This document shows, in pieces, positions 8,630-17,461 of a stretch of 32,000 nucleotides of DNA. This DNA is from Candidatus Nanopusillus acidilobi (GTDB lineage Archaea > Nanobdellota > Nanobdellia > Nanobdellales > Nanobdellaceae), in assembly GCA_001552015.1 (NCBI GenBank), contig CP010514.1, positions 420,001 through 452,000 of the forward strand, given 5' to 3'. The notes under the pieces are model-generated. The model was not told the DNA's origin, did not search any database, and saw nothing but the letters and a program-made list of their open reading frames with translations. The stretch's first letter is position 1; each line of letters opens with the position of its first letter. The translations under genes were made by a program, and so were the position numbers.

Positions 8630-11188
8630 ATGTGGCATTCTTTATCTATTGAAGAAGTATTTAAAAAATTAAATACTTCATATAAGGGTTTAGATGATTA
8701 TGAAGCTGAAAGGAGGTTAAAAATATATGGAGAAAATAAAATAAAATTAGAGAAAAAGAATTTCATAAAAATTATAATTGAATATTTAAAAAATCCATTC
8801 CTATTATTGTTTCTTGTTGCAGATATATTATCAATTATTTTTGGTGGTATTACTGAAGGATCTGCAATAACATTATTTCTAATATTATATGTAGTATCAG
8901 ATTACTTACATGATAAAAAATCTGAAAAAATAATAAAATCTTTAGAAGAAAATATAGAAAGCAATGTTTTAGTTATTAGAAATGGAAAATATAAATATAT
9001 AAAATCATCAAAAATTGTTCCAGGGGATATTATTGTATTAAAATATGGACAAAGAGCTCCTGCAGATATAAGAATAATAGAATCAATTGACCTAGAAGTT
9101 GATGAAAGCTCTTTAACTGGTGAATCAGAACCAGTAAAAAAATATAATACGATATTACCAAAGGATATTCCAATAAAAGAAAGAAAAAATATGATATTTC
9201 AGAATAGCTATATAATAAAAGGAATTGCAATTGGTGTTGTAGTTGAAACTGGAAACAATACATATTATGGAAGTATATACAAAAATATAAGTAAACAAAA
9301 AAGAAATAAATCTCTACTACAGGAAGAATTGGATAGATTCTCATATTACATGATAATAATTATATCAATAATCGTAATTATATCTTTTGTAATATTATTA
9401 ATAAAGAATATAATAAATTTATACCAGCTAATAATATTCGTAATAGCTTTAGCTATTGTTGTAGTACCAGAAGGATTGCCTGCAGCATTAGTATTAATAT
9501 ATACAATAAGTAGCCAAAAATTGGAAAAGGATCATATATATGTAAAAGATCCCAACATATTGGAAGATATTAGCAATATAGATACTGTTGTTTTAGATAA
9601 AACTGGCACAATTACATATAATGAATTAGTTATAAATAAATTTTTTTATAATGGAAAATTTTATACTATAAAATATTATAAAGATAAAGTAGAAATAATT
9701 TTTAATAAAAAAATAGTAAATATAGATGAAATAAAAGAATTCTTAATATTTTTGTATAATTCAATAGAAGATTATTTAACAATAGATATAGAAAAAAATG
9801 TTGGAGATCCTATAAATTTATCAATATATAAATTGACAAAATATTTAAAAATTTCCAAATTCTTAGAAAGATATTCTATAAATTATTTTGATCCATACAG
9901 AAAAAGATCTTCTGTAATAGTAAAATATAATGATAAAAAATATGCAATAATAAAAGGATCTCCATCTTCCCTTTTATCTATTTCAAAATATATAATAATA
10001 AACAATAAAACATTTAGAATAGACAAATATAAAGAGAAAATTGAAAAAATTGAAAAAGAATATGGAAAAAAGGGGTATAGAATATTAGCAATTGGCATTA
10101 AAGAAATAGAGAATGATAAAGAAGTCGAAAAAGATATAACATTCCTAGGATTATTATTTATAAAAGATAGAATAAGAGAAGGAACTTTAAAATATATAAA
10201 AGAATTAGAAGATCTTGGCATAAATATATATATAGTAACTGGAGATAATAAAGATCATACATTAGGAATATTAAGATTATTAAATTTAGATTATAAAATA
10301 ATAGATGCAAATGATATAAAAAAATTAAATGAAAATTACTTACATAAGATATTAAAAGATTATCATGTTATAGTAAATGCAGATCCTTTAGATAAATATA
10401 GAATAATAAAGACATTAAAGGATAATGGCCATAGAGTATTATTTGTTGGAGATGGAACAAATGATGCAATAGCATTGAAAATATCTAATGTTGGTGTTAC
10501 ATTTTATAATGCAACAGATATAGCAAAAGATTCTGCAAATGTTATATTAATGGATAAGGGAATAGATAACATAACAAAGCTAATTATAGAAGGAAAAAGA
10601 ATTATATACAATCTAAAAGTATATATTTTAGTATTATTATCAGAACTACTTGGAATATTTTTATTTATTTCAATTGGATTTTTTATATATAATCAAATAT
10701 TTCTACAGGCTTTACAATTATTATTATTAAACTTAGTAATTGAAACAATTAATTCATTATATATGGGATCAGCAAATGTTAAAGATAAGAAAATGCTAAA
10801 GAAAATGAAGGTTAAAATATTTGATAGATCTACAAAATTAGAAATAATAAGAAATATGATATTTATTGGCCTTTCTTCTACAATTGTATCTCTAGCTACA
10901 AATGATAATAGTTATATAATAATATTATTCTTAATAGCAACACAAGGAATATTATATATTCACTATGAAAAGGTATTTTCATTAAATATAACAAAAACAA
11001 AGGAATACTATATATCAATATTCCTATCAACATTTATAGCATCCATATTCCTAGTTGGATATTTAAGAAAAATTGTTCAATTTATAATACCATCTTTAAT
11101 TGATATAGTAATATTTGCAATAGTTTCATTATATTTCTTCTTTATATATTCAATAATAGAAAGAGTAGAAAATGTCAGAGGTATCTGA
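8630..11188 (+). CDS. P-type cation-transporting ATPase, type IIA (SERCA-like)
   Basis: Cation_ATPase_N-like N-terminus (WHSLSIEEVFKKL...YGENK). Motifs TGES, PEGLPA in M4, DKTGTIT, KGSPS, TGDN and GDGTNDAIALK. About 10 predicted TM helices. Confidence 0.9.
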   Translation: MWHSLSIEEVFKKLNTSYKGLDDYEAERRLKIYGENKIKLEKKNFIKIIIEYLKNPFLLLFLVADILSIIFGGITEGSAITLFLILYVVSDYLHDKKSEKIIKSLEENIESNVLVIRNGKYKYIKSSKIVPGDIIVLKYGQRAPADIRIIESIDLEVDESSLTGESEPVKKYNTILPKDIPIKERKNMIFQNSYIIKGIAIGVVVETGNNTYYGSIYKNISKQKRNKSLLQEELDRFSYYMIIIISIIVIISFVILLIKNIINLYQLIIFVIALAIVVVPEGLPAALVLIYTISSQKLEKDHIYVKDPNILEDISNIDTVVLDKTGTITYNELVINKFFYNGKFYTIKYYKDKVEIIFNKKIVNIDEIKEFLIFLYNSIEDYLTIDIEKNVGDPINLSIYKLTKYLKISKFLERYSINYFDPYRKRSSVIVKYNDKKYAIIKGSPSSLLSISKYIIINNKTFRIDKYKEKIEKIEKEYGKKGYRILAIGIKEIENDKEVEKDITFLGLLFIKDRIREGTLKYIKELEDLGINIYIVTGDNKDHTLGILRLLNLDYKIIDANDIKKLNENYLHKILKDYHVIVNADPLDKYRIIKTLKDNGHRVLFVGDGTNDAIALKISNVGVTFYNATDIAKDSANVILMDKGIDNITKLIIEGKRIIYNLKVYILVLLSELLGIFLFISIGFFIYNQIFLQALQLLLLNLVIETINSLYMGSANVKDKKMLKKMKVKIFDRSTKLEIIRNMIFIGLSSTIVSLATNDNSYIIILFLIATQGILYIHYEKVFSLNITKTKEYYISIFLSTFIASIFLVGYLRKIVQFIIPSLIDIVIFAIVSLYFFFIYSIIERVENVRGI

Positions 11189-11225
11189 ATGTCATCATGT
11201 ATCAGCTAACTCTGACCTTCATCAC
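11175..11225 (-). ncRNA. C/D-box sRNA (2'-O-methylation guide), double-guide architecture
   Basis: The minus strand reads GTGATGA-AGGTCAGAGTTAG-CTGA-TAC-ATGATGA-CATTCAGATACCT-CTGA. This is C box, 13 nt, D' box, 3 nt, C' box, 13 nt, D box. An AT-rich TATA-like ATTATATTTAAT sits about 26 nt upstream on the minus strand. The 3' part is antisense to the last codons of the ATPase gene. Confidence 0.7.
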
Positions 11226-11260
11226 TATTTTTAATAATATTAATATTAAATATAATCTTT

Positions 11261-12388
11261 ATGGATCTTCCGAAAATATCAATTATATTTCCTATTTATA
11301 AAAAAAGTAAATATCTAGAAAATAATATTCAAAAAATATTAGAAGATCCTTATCCAAATGATCTAAAAGAAATAATAATATCAATAGACTCTCCAGAAGA
11401 TGATTTTTTAAATAAATTAATTGAACTAAAAAATAAATATAAAAATATAACATTGGTTATATCAAAAGAAAGAAGGGGAAAGGTTTCTGCAACTAATGAT
11501 GCAGTAAAAATATCTTCTGGAGAAATTTTATTTTTCTTTGATTCAGATGTTATTATTGATTATATTAATATAAATGAACTTGTCAAAGAATTAAAAGAAT
11601 ATGACATAATAGAATTCTATAAAGAAATAATCAAAAAAGGCTGGCTCAGTTATCTTATTTTTATAGAATTTTCTTCATATTTTGATATTATTGATCCCAT
11701 ATTAAATAGAATAAAAAGACCGTTATTCTTAAATGGTGGTGGATTTGCAACTAAAAAAAGTGTATGGAATGACGTAGGGGGATATTCTAAGGTATATGTA
11801 GAAGATGTAGATTTTGCTATGAAAGCTGGAAAAAAAGGATATAAATATTATATGTCAACAAATGTAAAATTATTAATTGAACCATTAACAAGTTTAAGGA
11901 AATGGATTGAACAAAGAAAAAGATGGGGTTTTGGACTGATAGAAGTAATACTAAATCATCTGGATTATATGATAGATTTATTTATACGCAATTTGCTAAC
12001 TACTATATTAATACTTCTAATTTTATATTTACCATACTTAATATGGACTTATATATATATTTACTTGCCAGTTTCTTTTTTATATCAATTTGCTACAAAT
12101 ATATACAAAAATCTATCTAGCAATATTAGTTTTATATATTTAATAATATTAAGTCCATCATCTATTTTCAGAGTATTTTATATTCTATACTTAACTTTAT
12201 TATACATACTATTAACATCTACTTACATATATTTACTAATTTCAATAAAGAGAAGAAAACTATACAATTTTCTCCCATTTATATTATTTTCAATATTATA
12301 TATACCATTATATGAAATAATAATAATATATGATATAATATACTATGGAATATTTGAAAGGGCTCCAAAGATGAATTGGAAAGTTTAA
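11261..12388 (+). CDS. family 2 glycosyltransferase, processive-type, with C-terminal multi-TM domain
   Basis: ISIIFPIYK start, DSD (FFFDSDVII), VED (VYVEDVDFA) and QRKRW (a QxxRW motif). The C-terminal ~140 aa are hydrophobic. Confidence 0.8.
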   Translation: MDLPKISIIFPIYKKSKYLENNIQKILEDPYPNDLKEIIISIDSPEDDFLNKLIELKNKYKNITLVISKERRGKVSATNDAVKISSGEILFFFDSDVIIDYININELVKELKEYDIIEFYKEIIKKGWLSYLIFIEFSSYFDIIDPILNRIKRPLFLNGGGFATKKSVWNDVGGYSKVYVEDVDFAMKAGKKGYKYYMSTNVKLLIEPLTSLRKWIEQRKRWGFGLIEVILNHLDYMIDLFIRNLLTTILILLILYLPYLIWTYIYIYLPVSFLYQFATNIYKNLSSNISFIYLIILSPSSIFRVFYILYLTLLYILLTSTYIYLLISIKRRKLYNFLPFILFSILYIPLYEIIIIYDIIYYGIFERAPKMNWKV

Positions 12389-13372
12389 TGATGAAGAAAA
12401 TAATAATATTGGGAACTTCGTCCTCAATGCCTACTAAAAATAGAAATCATCCAGGGATATTTATAAAATTCAATAAAAAAGGAATTTTATTAGATTGTGG
12501 AGAAAATATACAAAGACAATTAAGGATAATGAAAATTTCACCAACAAAAATAGACTATATATTAATTACACATTGGCATGGAGATCATGTTTTAGGATTA
12601 CCAGGTATTTTCCAAAGTCTATCTAGCATGAATTATAATAAAAAATTAAATATAATAATTCCAAAAGAAAATATAGAAAATTTAAAAAGAATAATTGAAG
12701 ATTTTATGATTCCAATAAACTTCGATATAAATATAATAGAAGCAAGAGAGGGGTTAATAGTTGATGAAGAAGATTTCCAAATATATGGAATAAGGACAAA
12801 GCATTCCATAACTTCTTATTCATATTATATTATAGAAAAGAACTACATTAAACTAGATAAAAATCTACTAAATAAATATAATATAAAAGATAAAGAATTG
12901 ATTAAAAAATTAAAAGAAGGAAAAGAAATAGAAATAGATGGTAAAAAGATATCTTATAAAGATGTAGGATATATAAAGAAAGGAATTAAAATTACATATA
13001 TTACTGATACAATATTTTTTGATAAATTAATTGATTTTGCAAAAGGATAGCACAATATTAATATCTGAATCTACATATTTTTTCCAAGCAGATCTAGCAA
13101 AGAAAAATATGCATATGGATTTTTTAGAAGTTAGAGAAATATTTAACAGAAGTAATAGCAAAATATTATTATTAACACATTTTAGCCAAAGATATGAAGA
13201 AGAAATGGAAAATATAAGAAAAGATATTGAAGAAAAAAATGAAAATGTCTATATATTGGATGACTTTGATGAAATAAATATATATAAAGATAAAATAGAG
13301 TTAAAATTAAAGAAAAATAAAATTATTTATAGATATAATGAAAAAACTGGAGAAATATTAAGACTCAATTAA
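12388..13372 (+). CDS. rnz: ribonuclease Z (tRNA 3' endonuclease), interrupted by a +1 frame change within 13031-13050
   Basis: IILGTSSSMPTKNRNHPGIFI..LLDCGENIQRQL..ILITHWHGDHVLGLPG (HxHxDH) lies in the first frame and ends in TAG at 13048-13050. The second frame is open only from 13031. It continues KDSTILISESTYF...MHMDFLEV...LLLTHFSQRY, the RNase Z C-terminal blocks. The likely start is ATG 12388, giving a TAATG overlap with the GT2 stop. Confidence 0.85.
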
Positions 13373-13798
13373 TTTTTTCAATTCTTCCTTTAATTCTTCT
13401 AATTCAGAAGATATATCATCTAATTCCTTTCTAATTTGATTATTATCTTCCTTATTTTCTTCTTTTATTACTTCAACTTTTGGTTTCTTCTTCCTTTTCT
13501 TTTTTTCTATAATTTCCACCTTATTTAATTCTTTAGAATTAATTTCCTTATATAATTCTTCTATCTCTTTTGTTTCTGGTAATGAATTTAATAATTCATC
13601 TATTATATCTTTTATAGACTTTATATTTTCCAATAGTTTATCTAATCTCTGGCTTTTAACTTCATGATCTTTTATATCTTGTAATACGTCATATAATTGT
13701 AAATATATATTTTTCTTTACTCTCTTAATTGCTTCTAATATATCTCTCTCAGATTCTATTTCAACATATAGATTATCTGGGGCCATTGTAGAGCTCAT
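13358..13798 (-). CDS. coiled-coil protein with Lys-rich centre (146 aa), unknown function
   Basis: Heptad-like E/K/L/I-rich sequence, with KKKRKKKPKVEV in the centre. The 3' end overlaps the rnz 3' end convergently by 15 nt. The ATG lies 4 nt downstream of the tRNA-Gly 3' end. Confidence 0.6.
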   Translation of the reverse strand: MSSTMAPDNLYVEIESERDILEAIKRVKKNIYLQLYDVLQDIKDHEVKSQRLDKLLENIKSIKDIIDELLNSLPETKEIEELYKEINSKELNKVEIIEKKKRKKKPKVEVIKEENKEDNNQIRKELDDISSELEELKEELKKLIES

Positions 13799-13802
13799 TT
13801 TA

Positions 13803-13873
13803 TGCGCCGGCCGGGATTCGAACCCGGGTCATAGGCTAGGCAGGCCTACGTCCTACCACTAGACTACCGGCGC
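13803..13873 (-). tRNA. tRNA-Gly (anticodon GCC)
   Basis: The reverse complement is GCGCCGGTAGTCTAGTGGTAGGACGTAGGCCTGCCTAGCCTATGACCCGGGTTCGAATCCCGGCCGGCGCA. It has a 7-bp acceptor stem, anticodon stem TAGGC/GCCTA with loop CTGCCTA, and T arm CCGGG-TTCGAAT-CCCGG. 71 nt, 4-nt variable loop, no CCA. Position 37 is U, which is unusual. Confidence 0.88.
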
Positions 13874-13881
13874 TCTCCATT

Positions 13882-14553
13882 CTATCTAAATATATCTAGC
13901 ACACTATTTATATTGCTTTTCGATTCTTCTAATTTTTCTTTTAATCCTTTTATACTTTCTATTCTCTTATTCTCATCTTCCTTCAATTCATTAACTATCT
14001 TTTCTACTTCAGACATCTTTTCCTTTAATTGTTGCAATAATTCTCTAACCTTCTTATAATCTTCTATCTTTATTAACAATTCTTTTCTTACTTCTAATGG
14101 TTTTTCCTCTTTTAAATGCTGTTTATGAGTTTTCTCTTTAATTTTTTCCTTCAATAGAGGTTTAGTTTCTTGTAAAGTTGATTGTTGTACTTGCTGAGTA
14201 CCAAATCCTTGAGTTCCAAATACTGGTTGTTGACTTTGATTTTCAAATCCTCTAAATTGTTGGTTATTGCTCTGAACTCCACCAAAATTAGTTTGTTGGC
14301 TCATTCCTGCAAATTGTTGCTGACCAAATCCTTGAGTTCCAAATACTGGTTGTTGACTTTGATTTCCTAATGCACTAAAACTACCCGGGTTGGTGTTATA
14401 ATCATAAGGATTTTGACCAGGTTCAGACATGCTATAATTATTACTCATATCTTCTGACATTCCTCCTATGCCTCCAAGTTGATCTTTTAAATTATCTAAA
14501 TCCCCATAAAATTCTTCTTCTTTTTTCTTCTTCTTAAATAAACTCAGTACCAT
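13882..14553 (-). CDS. FG/Q/N/G-rich low-complexity protein with C-terminal coiled coil (223 aa)
   Basis: Residues ~30-125 are G/Q/N/F/S-rich with two copies of NQSQQPVFGTQGFG. Residues ~130-223 are K/E/L-rich coiled coil. The N-terminus is MVLSLFKKKKKEEE. The stop codon lies 8 nt upstream of the tRNA-Gly 5' end. Confidence 0.65.
   Translation of the reverse strand: MVLSLFKKKKKEEEFYGDLDNLKDQLGGIGGMSEDMSNNYSMSEPGQNPYDYNTNPGSFSALGNQSQQPVFGTQGFGQQQFAGMSQQTNFGGVQSNNQQFRGFENQSQQPVFGTQGFGTQQVQQSTLQETKPLLKEKIKEKTHKQHLKEEKPLEVRKELLIKIEDYKKVRELLQQLKEKMSEVEKIVNELKEDENKRIESIKGLKEKLEESKSNINSVLDIFR
14201..14365. repeat. direct repeat: two identical 42-nt copies (14201-14242 and 14324-14365), period 123 nt, in-frame within the FG-rich gene
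   Basis: CCAAATCCTTGAGTTCCAAATACTGGTTGTTGACTTTGATTT occurs twice on the + strand. A further upstream match (TTGCTGA) is offset by a 3-nt indel. The repeat encodes the duplicated NQSQQPVFGTQGFG unit. Confidence 0.95.
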
Positions 14554-14589
14554 ATAATATAATTAACAAGTCATAAAATATAAATCTTA

Positions 14590-17406
14590 TTATTCAAAAA
14601 ATACAATGGCTGGTTTATATGGCATTGCCCTATTTTTCTTAGATTCCTTTGATTCTTCTTCATATTCTATAATTATATCTTTAACATTTAATTCAGATTT
14701 AAACAAATCCTTAGCAGAATTTAGTAGTTCATATTCTTTTTCTCTATCAAGAAATTCATCAAGTATATATATGTTTTTCTTTACAAAAAGCAATATATCT
14801 TTATAGTTTTGATAATTATTTAAAAATTCATCAATCTTGTCTTTATTATTTCTTAATTTATTAAATAATTCATACTTTTCTTTACTTGCAATTATTATTT
14901 TTATTTTATCAAATTTTTTATTATTCATTAATATTTTTAACTTTAATAAATCATCTCTTACAGATTTTACATACTTTTCATATTTTTCATATTCATCCGT
15001 ATAACTTAAATCTTCTGGATATCTTATATTAAAGGGATCCAAACCAATTTTTTCAAATATTTCAGAAATAATATGAGGAACTATTGGATATAAAAATATT
15101 GCCTTATATTCAATATATTTATTTATAACTTTTCCATTTATTCTACCTAAAGATCTCTTCAAATACCATTCAAAAGAATTATCTAATTCAAATATCTTAT
15201 TATTAATAACATTCATATAATTTAATTTCTCATATTCATCTTCAATTTCTTTTGCCAATTTATTTAATTTATTTTCAAACCATAAATCTATATAACTTTT
15301 TTCATATTCCTGATGTTTATTATAATTTTCTATTGAATAATTATAGAATGACATTAAATATTTTATTGCGAATTCTGATTTATCTAAATCTATTTTTGCA
15401 TCATCATAAGATGAATTTGCTGACATCGCAATAATAAATCTTAATATATCTGCAGAATATTTTCTTAAAGCATCTCTTAATGATATATAGTTTCCCAATG
15501 ATTTTGACATTTTTCTTCCCAATGCATCTACAGCATATCCATTTATAGCAATTCCTCTTGGCCAATATTTTTTATCAAATATTGCAACATGATGGAAAAT
15601 AAAGAATAATAAATGATTTGGAATTAAATCTTTTCCAGAACTTCTTAAATCGACTGGATACCAATATTCAAATTCTTCTTTCATCTTTTTTGCAATATCC
15701 CCATATTTTCTTATTATTTCTTCTTCATTTCCTTTATTCAAAAATATATAATCAAATAAATCATCTTCAATTTTATTTGGATCTATGTTTTTTATTAAGT
15801 GAGCAATTGTATAAAATGCCATATATATTGTAGAATCTGATAATGATTCTATGACCCAAGATTTATCCCAGGGCAAAGGTGTTCCCAATTCATTTTTATT
15901 ATGTGCACATGCCCAATCTTTTAGCCAATCAATTTTTTGCTGAAAATCTTGTTTTACATAATCAGGATAAAAGTTCATATTATCTACACATTCATGGGCA
16001 AGTTTTTTCCATTCAGGATCTGAATATTTTAAGAACCATTGATTATCTATAATTTTTACAATACATAAATTTCCATATCTAGATTCAAATCTTGGTTTTA
16101 ATGTATAATGTAATTTTGCTATATTGTTTTCTATAAAATCTTTGGCTATATTATCCTTTGCCTCATATATTTTCATACCACTATATTTTCCAAAGATATC
16201 TGTTAATATTCCATTATAATATTCTAAAGAATATATTTCCTTTGTTGCATCTTCTAATTTTTGTAAATCTTTTTGATTATTTATTTTCATTTTTTCAACA
16301 ATTTCCTTTGCTGGTATATTATATCCAGAAACCTTAAATAAAACTTTCATATTATCTAAGCATTTCTTAGCTATTTCTTTATATTCTGTATTTAATAAAT
16401 CCTTTAATCCAATATAATCATATGGAGCATGAGAAGGAACACTCATAACAATACCACTTCCTGTATTTATATCTACAAATTCTGCAGGCAATATTGGTAT
16501 TTCATCTTTTGTTAATGGATTTATACATTCTTTTCCAATTAGTTCCTTAACATCAATATCCTTAATTTTTTCTAATTTATATCCTTGTGCATTAAATTCT
16601 TCAACAATTATTGTATCAGGCAATAAATATTTATTACCACTCTCTTTATCTAAATATATTGAATATTTTCCTTTTGGATTTATCCATATATTAGTCACCC
16701 CATATAATGTTTCTGGTCTTAATGTAAATGCAGGTAATATTATATTTTCATCTTTTAATCTAAATAAAATTATATAACCTTCTGTAGGGCCTATTCCAGC
16801 ATATTCATCTGGTCTATCATGATCACCAACAGGTATATTTGCAACTGGATCATATACTACTGGATGCTTTCCAGTTATAATTAATCCCTTTTCTTTCAAT
16901 TTTCTATATTGCCATTCTATAAATTTATTATACCATGGATTCAAATATGTTGTATAAAATTTCCTTCTCCAATCTATTGAACATCCTAAATTTTTTATAT
17001 CTTCTTCAGCCTTTTCTACAAAATATAAAGCCCATCCCGCAGGATCTTTTAATTTTTCTATATCCTCATCAGAAATTCCTTCATCCTTTAATTCCTTTAT
17101 AATTTTTTCATCTCCATTTCTTAATTTCCATGATTTTGCAACAATTGGAGATCCAGTTAGATGAAAACCTTGAGGAAATAATACATTATAACCCTTTAAT
17201 CTTTTATATCTAGCAAGAATATCTACTCTAGATAAAGATAAAGCAGTACCAATATGAAGAAATCCACTTACATATGGGTATGGAAATGTGACAAAAAACT
17301 TTGGTTTTTCTTTATCAGGATTTGAATAATATATCTGTTTCTCATCCCATATCTTTTGCCATTTTTTCTCTATCTCTTTAAAGAATTTTATATCATTTTC
17401 ATTCAT
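14590..17406 (-). CDS. leuS: leucine--tRNA ligase (archaeal type)
   Basis: FFVTFPYPYVSGFLHIGTA...ARYKRLKGYNVLFPQGFHLTGSPI and GRKMSKSLGN. The 938-aa size is typical of archaeal LeuRS. The HIGH signature reads HIGT. Confidence 0.92.
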   Translation of the reverse strand: MNENDIKFFKEIEKKWQKIWDEKQIYYSNPDKEKPKFFVTFPYPYVSGFLHIGTALSLSRVDILARYKRLKGYNVLFPQGFHLTGSPIVAKSWKLRNGDEKIIKELKDEGISDEDIEKLKDPAGWALYFVEKAEEDIKNLGCSIDWRRKFYTTYLNPWYNKFIEWQYRKLKEKGLIITGKHPVVYDPVANIPVGDHDRPDEYAGIGPTEGYIILFRLKDENIILPAFTLRPETLYGVTNIWINPKGKYSIYLDKESGNKYLLPDTIIVEEFNAQGYKLEKIKDIDVKELIGKECINPLTKDEIPILPAEFVDINTGSGIVMSVPSHAPYDYIGLKDLLNTEYKEIAKKCLDNMKVLFKVSGYNIPAKEIVEKMKINNQKDLQKLEDATKEIYSLEYYNGILTDIFGKYSGMKIYEAKDNIAKDFIENNIAKLHYTLKPRFESRYGNLCIVKIIDNQWFLKYSDPEWKKLAHECVDNMNFYPDYVKQDFQQKIDWLKDWACAHNKNELGTPLPWDKSWVIESLSDSTIYMAFYTIAHLIKNIDPNKIEDDLFDYIFLNKGNEEEIIRKYGDIAKKMKEEFEYWYPVDLRSSGKDLIPNHLLFFIFHHVAIFDKKYWPRGIAINGYAVDALGRKMSKSLGNYISLRDALRKYSADILRFIIAMSANSSYDDAKIDLDKSEFAIKYLMSFYNYSIENYNKHQEYEKSYIDLWFENKLNKLAKEIEDEYEKLNYMNVINNKIFELDNSFEWYLKRSLGRINGKVINKYIEYKAIFLYPIVPHIISEIFEKIGLDPFNIRYPEDLSYTDEYEKYEKYVKSVRDDLLKLKILMNNKKFDKIKIIIASKEKYELFNKLRNNKDKIDEFLNNYQNYKDILLFVKKNIYILDEFLDREKEYELLNSAKDLFKSELNVKDIIIEYEEESKESKKNRAMPYKPAIVFFE

Positions 17407-17461
17407 AAAGTAAATTTAAATATAAAAATACTTTTAAAATTATTTTTTATGATTTTATTAA

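Noticed and set aside
14201-14365. Possible CRISPR-like or regulatory direct repeat
   Set aside because: There are only two copies, with a period of 123 nt (41 codons). Both are in-frame inside a CDS and encode the same peptide unit. No further repeats or cas genes are present.
14182-14370. 62-aa plus-strand ORF with an internal repeat (KSLSSKYWLLTLI twice)
   Set aside because: It is the mirror image of the 42-nt repeat in the minus-strand FG-rich gene. The minus-strand frame is far longer, and it continues into a coherent coiled-coil domain.
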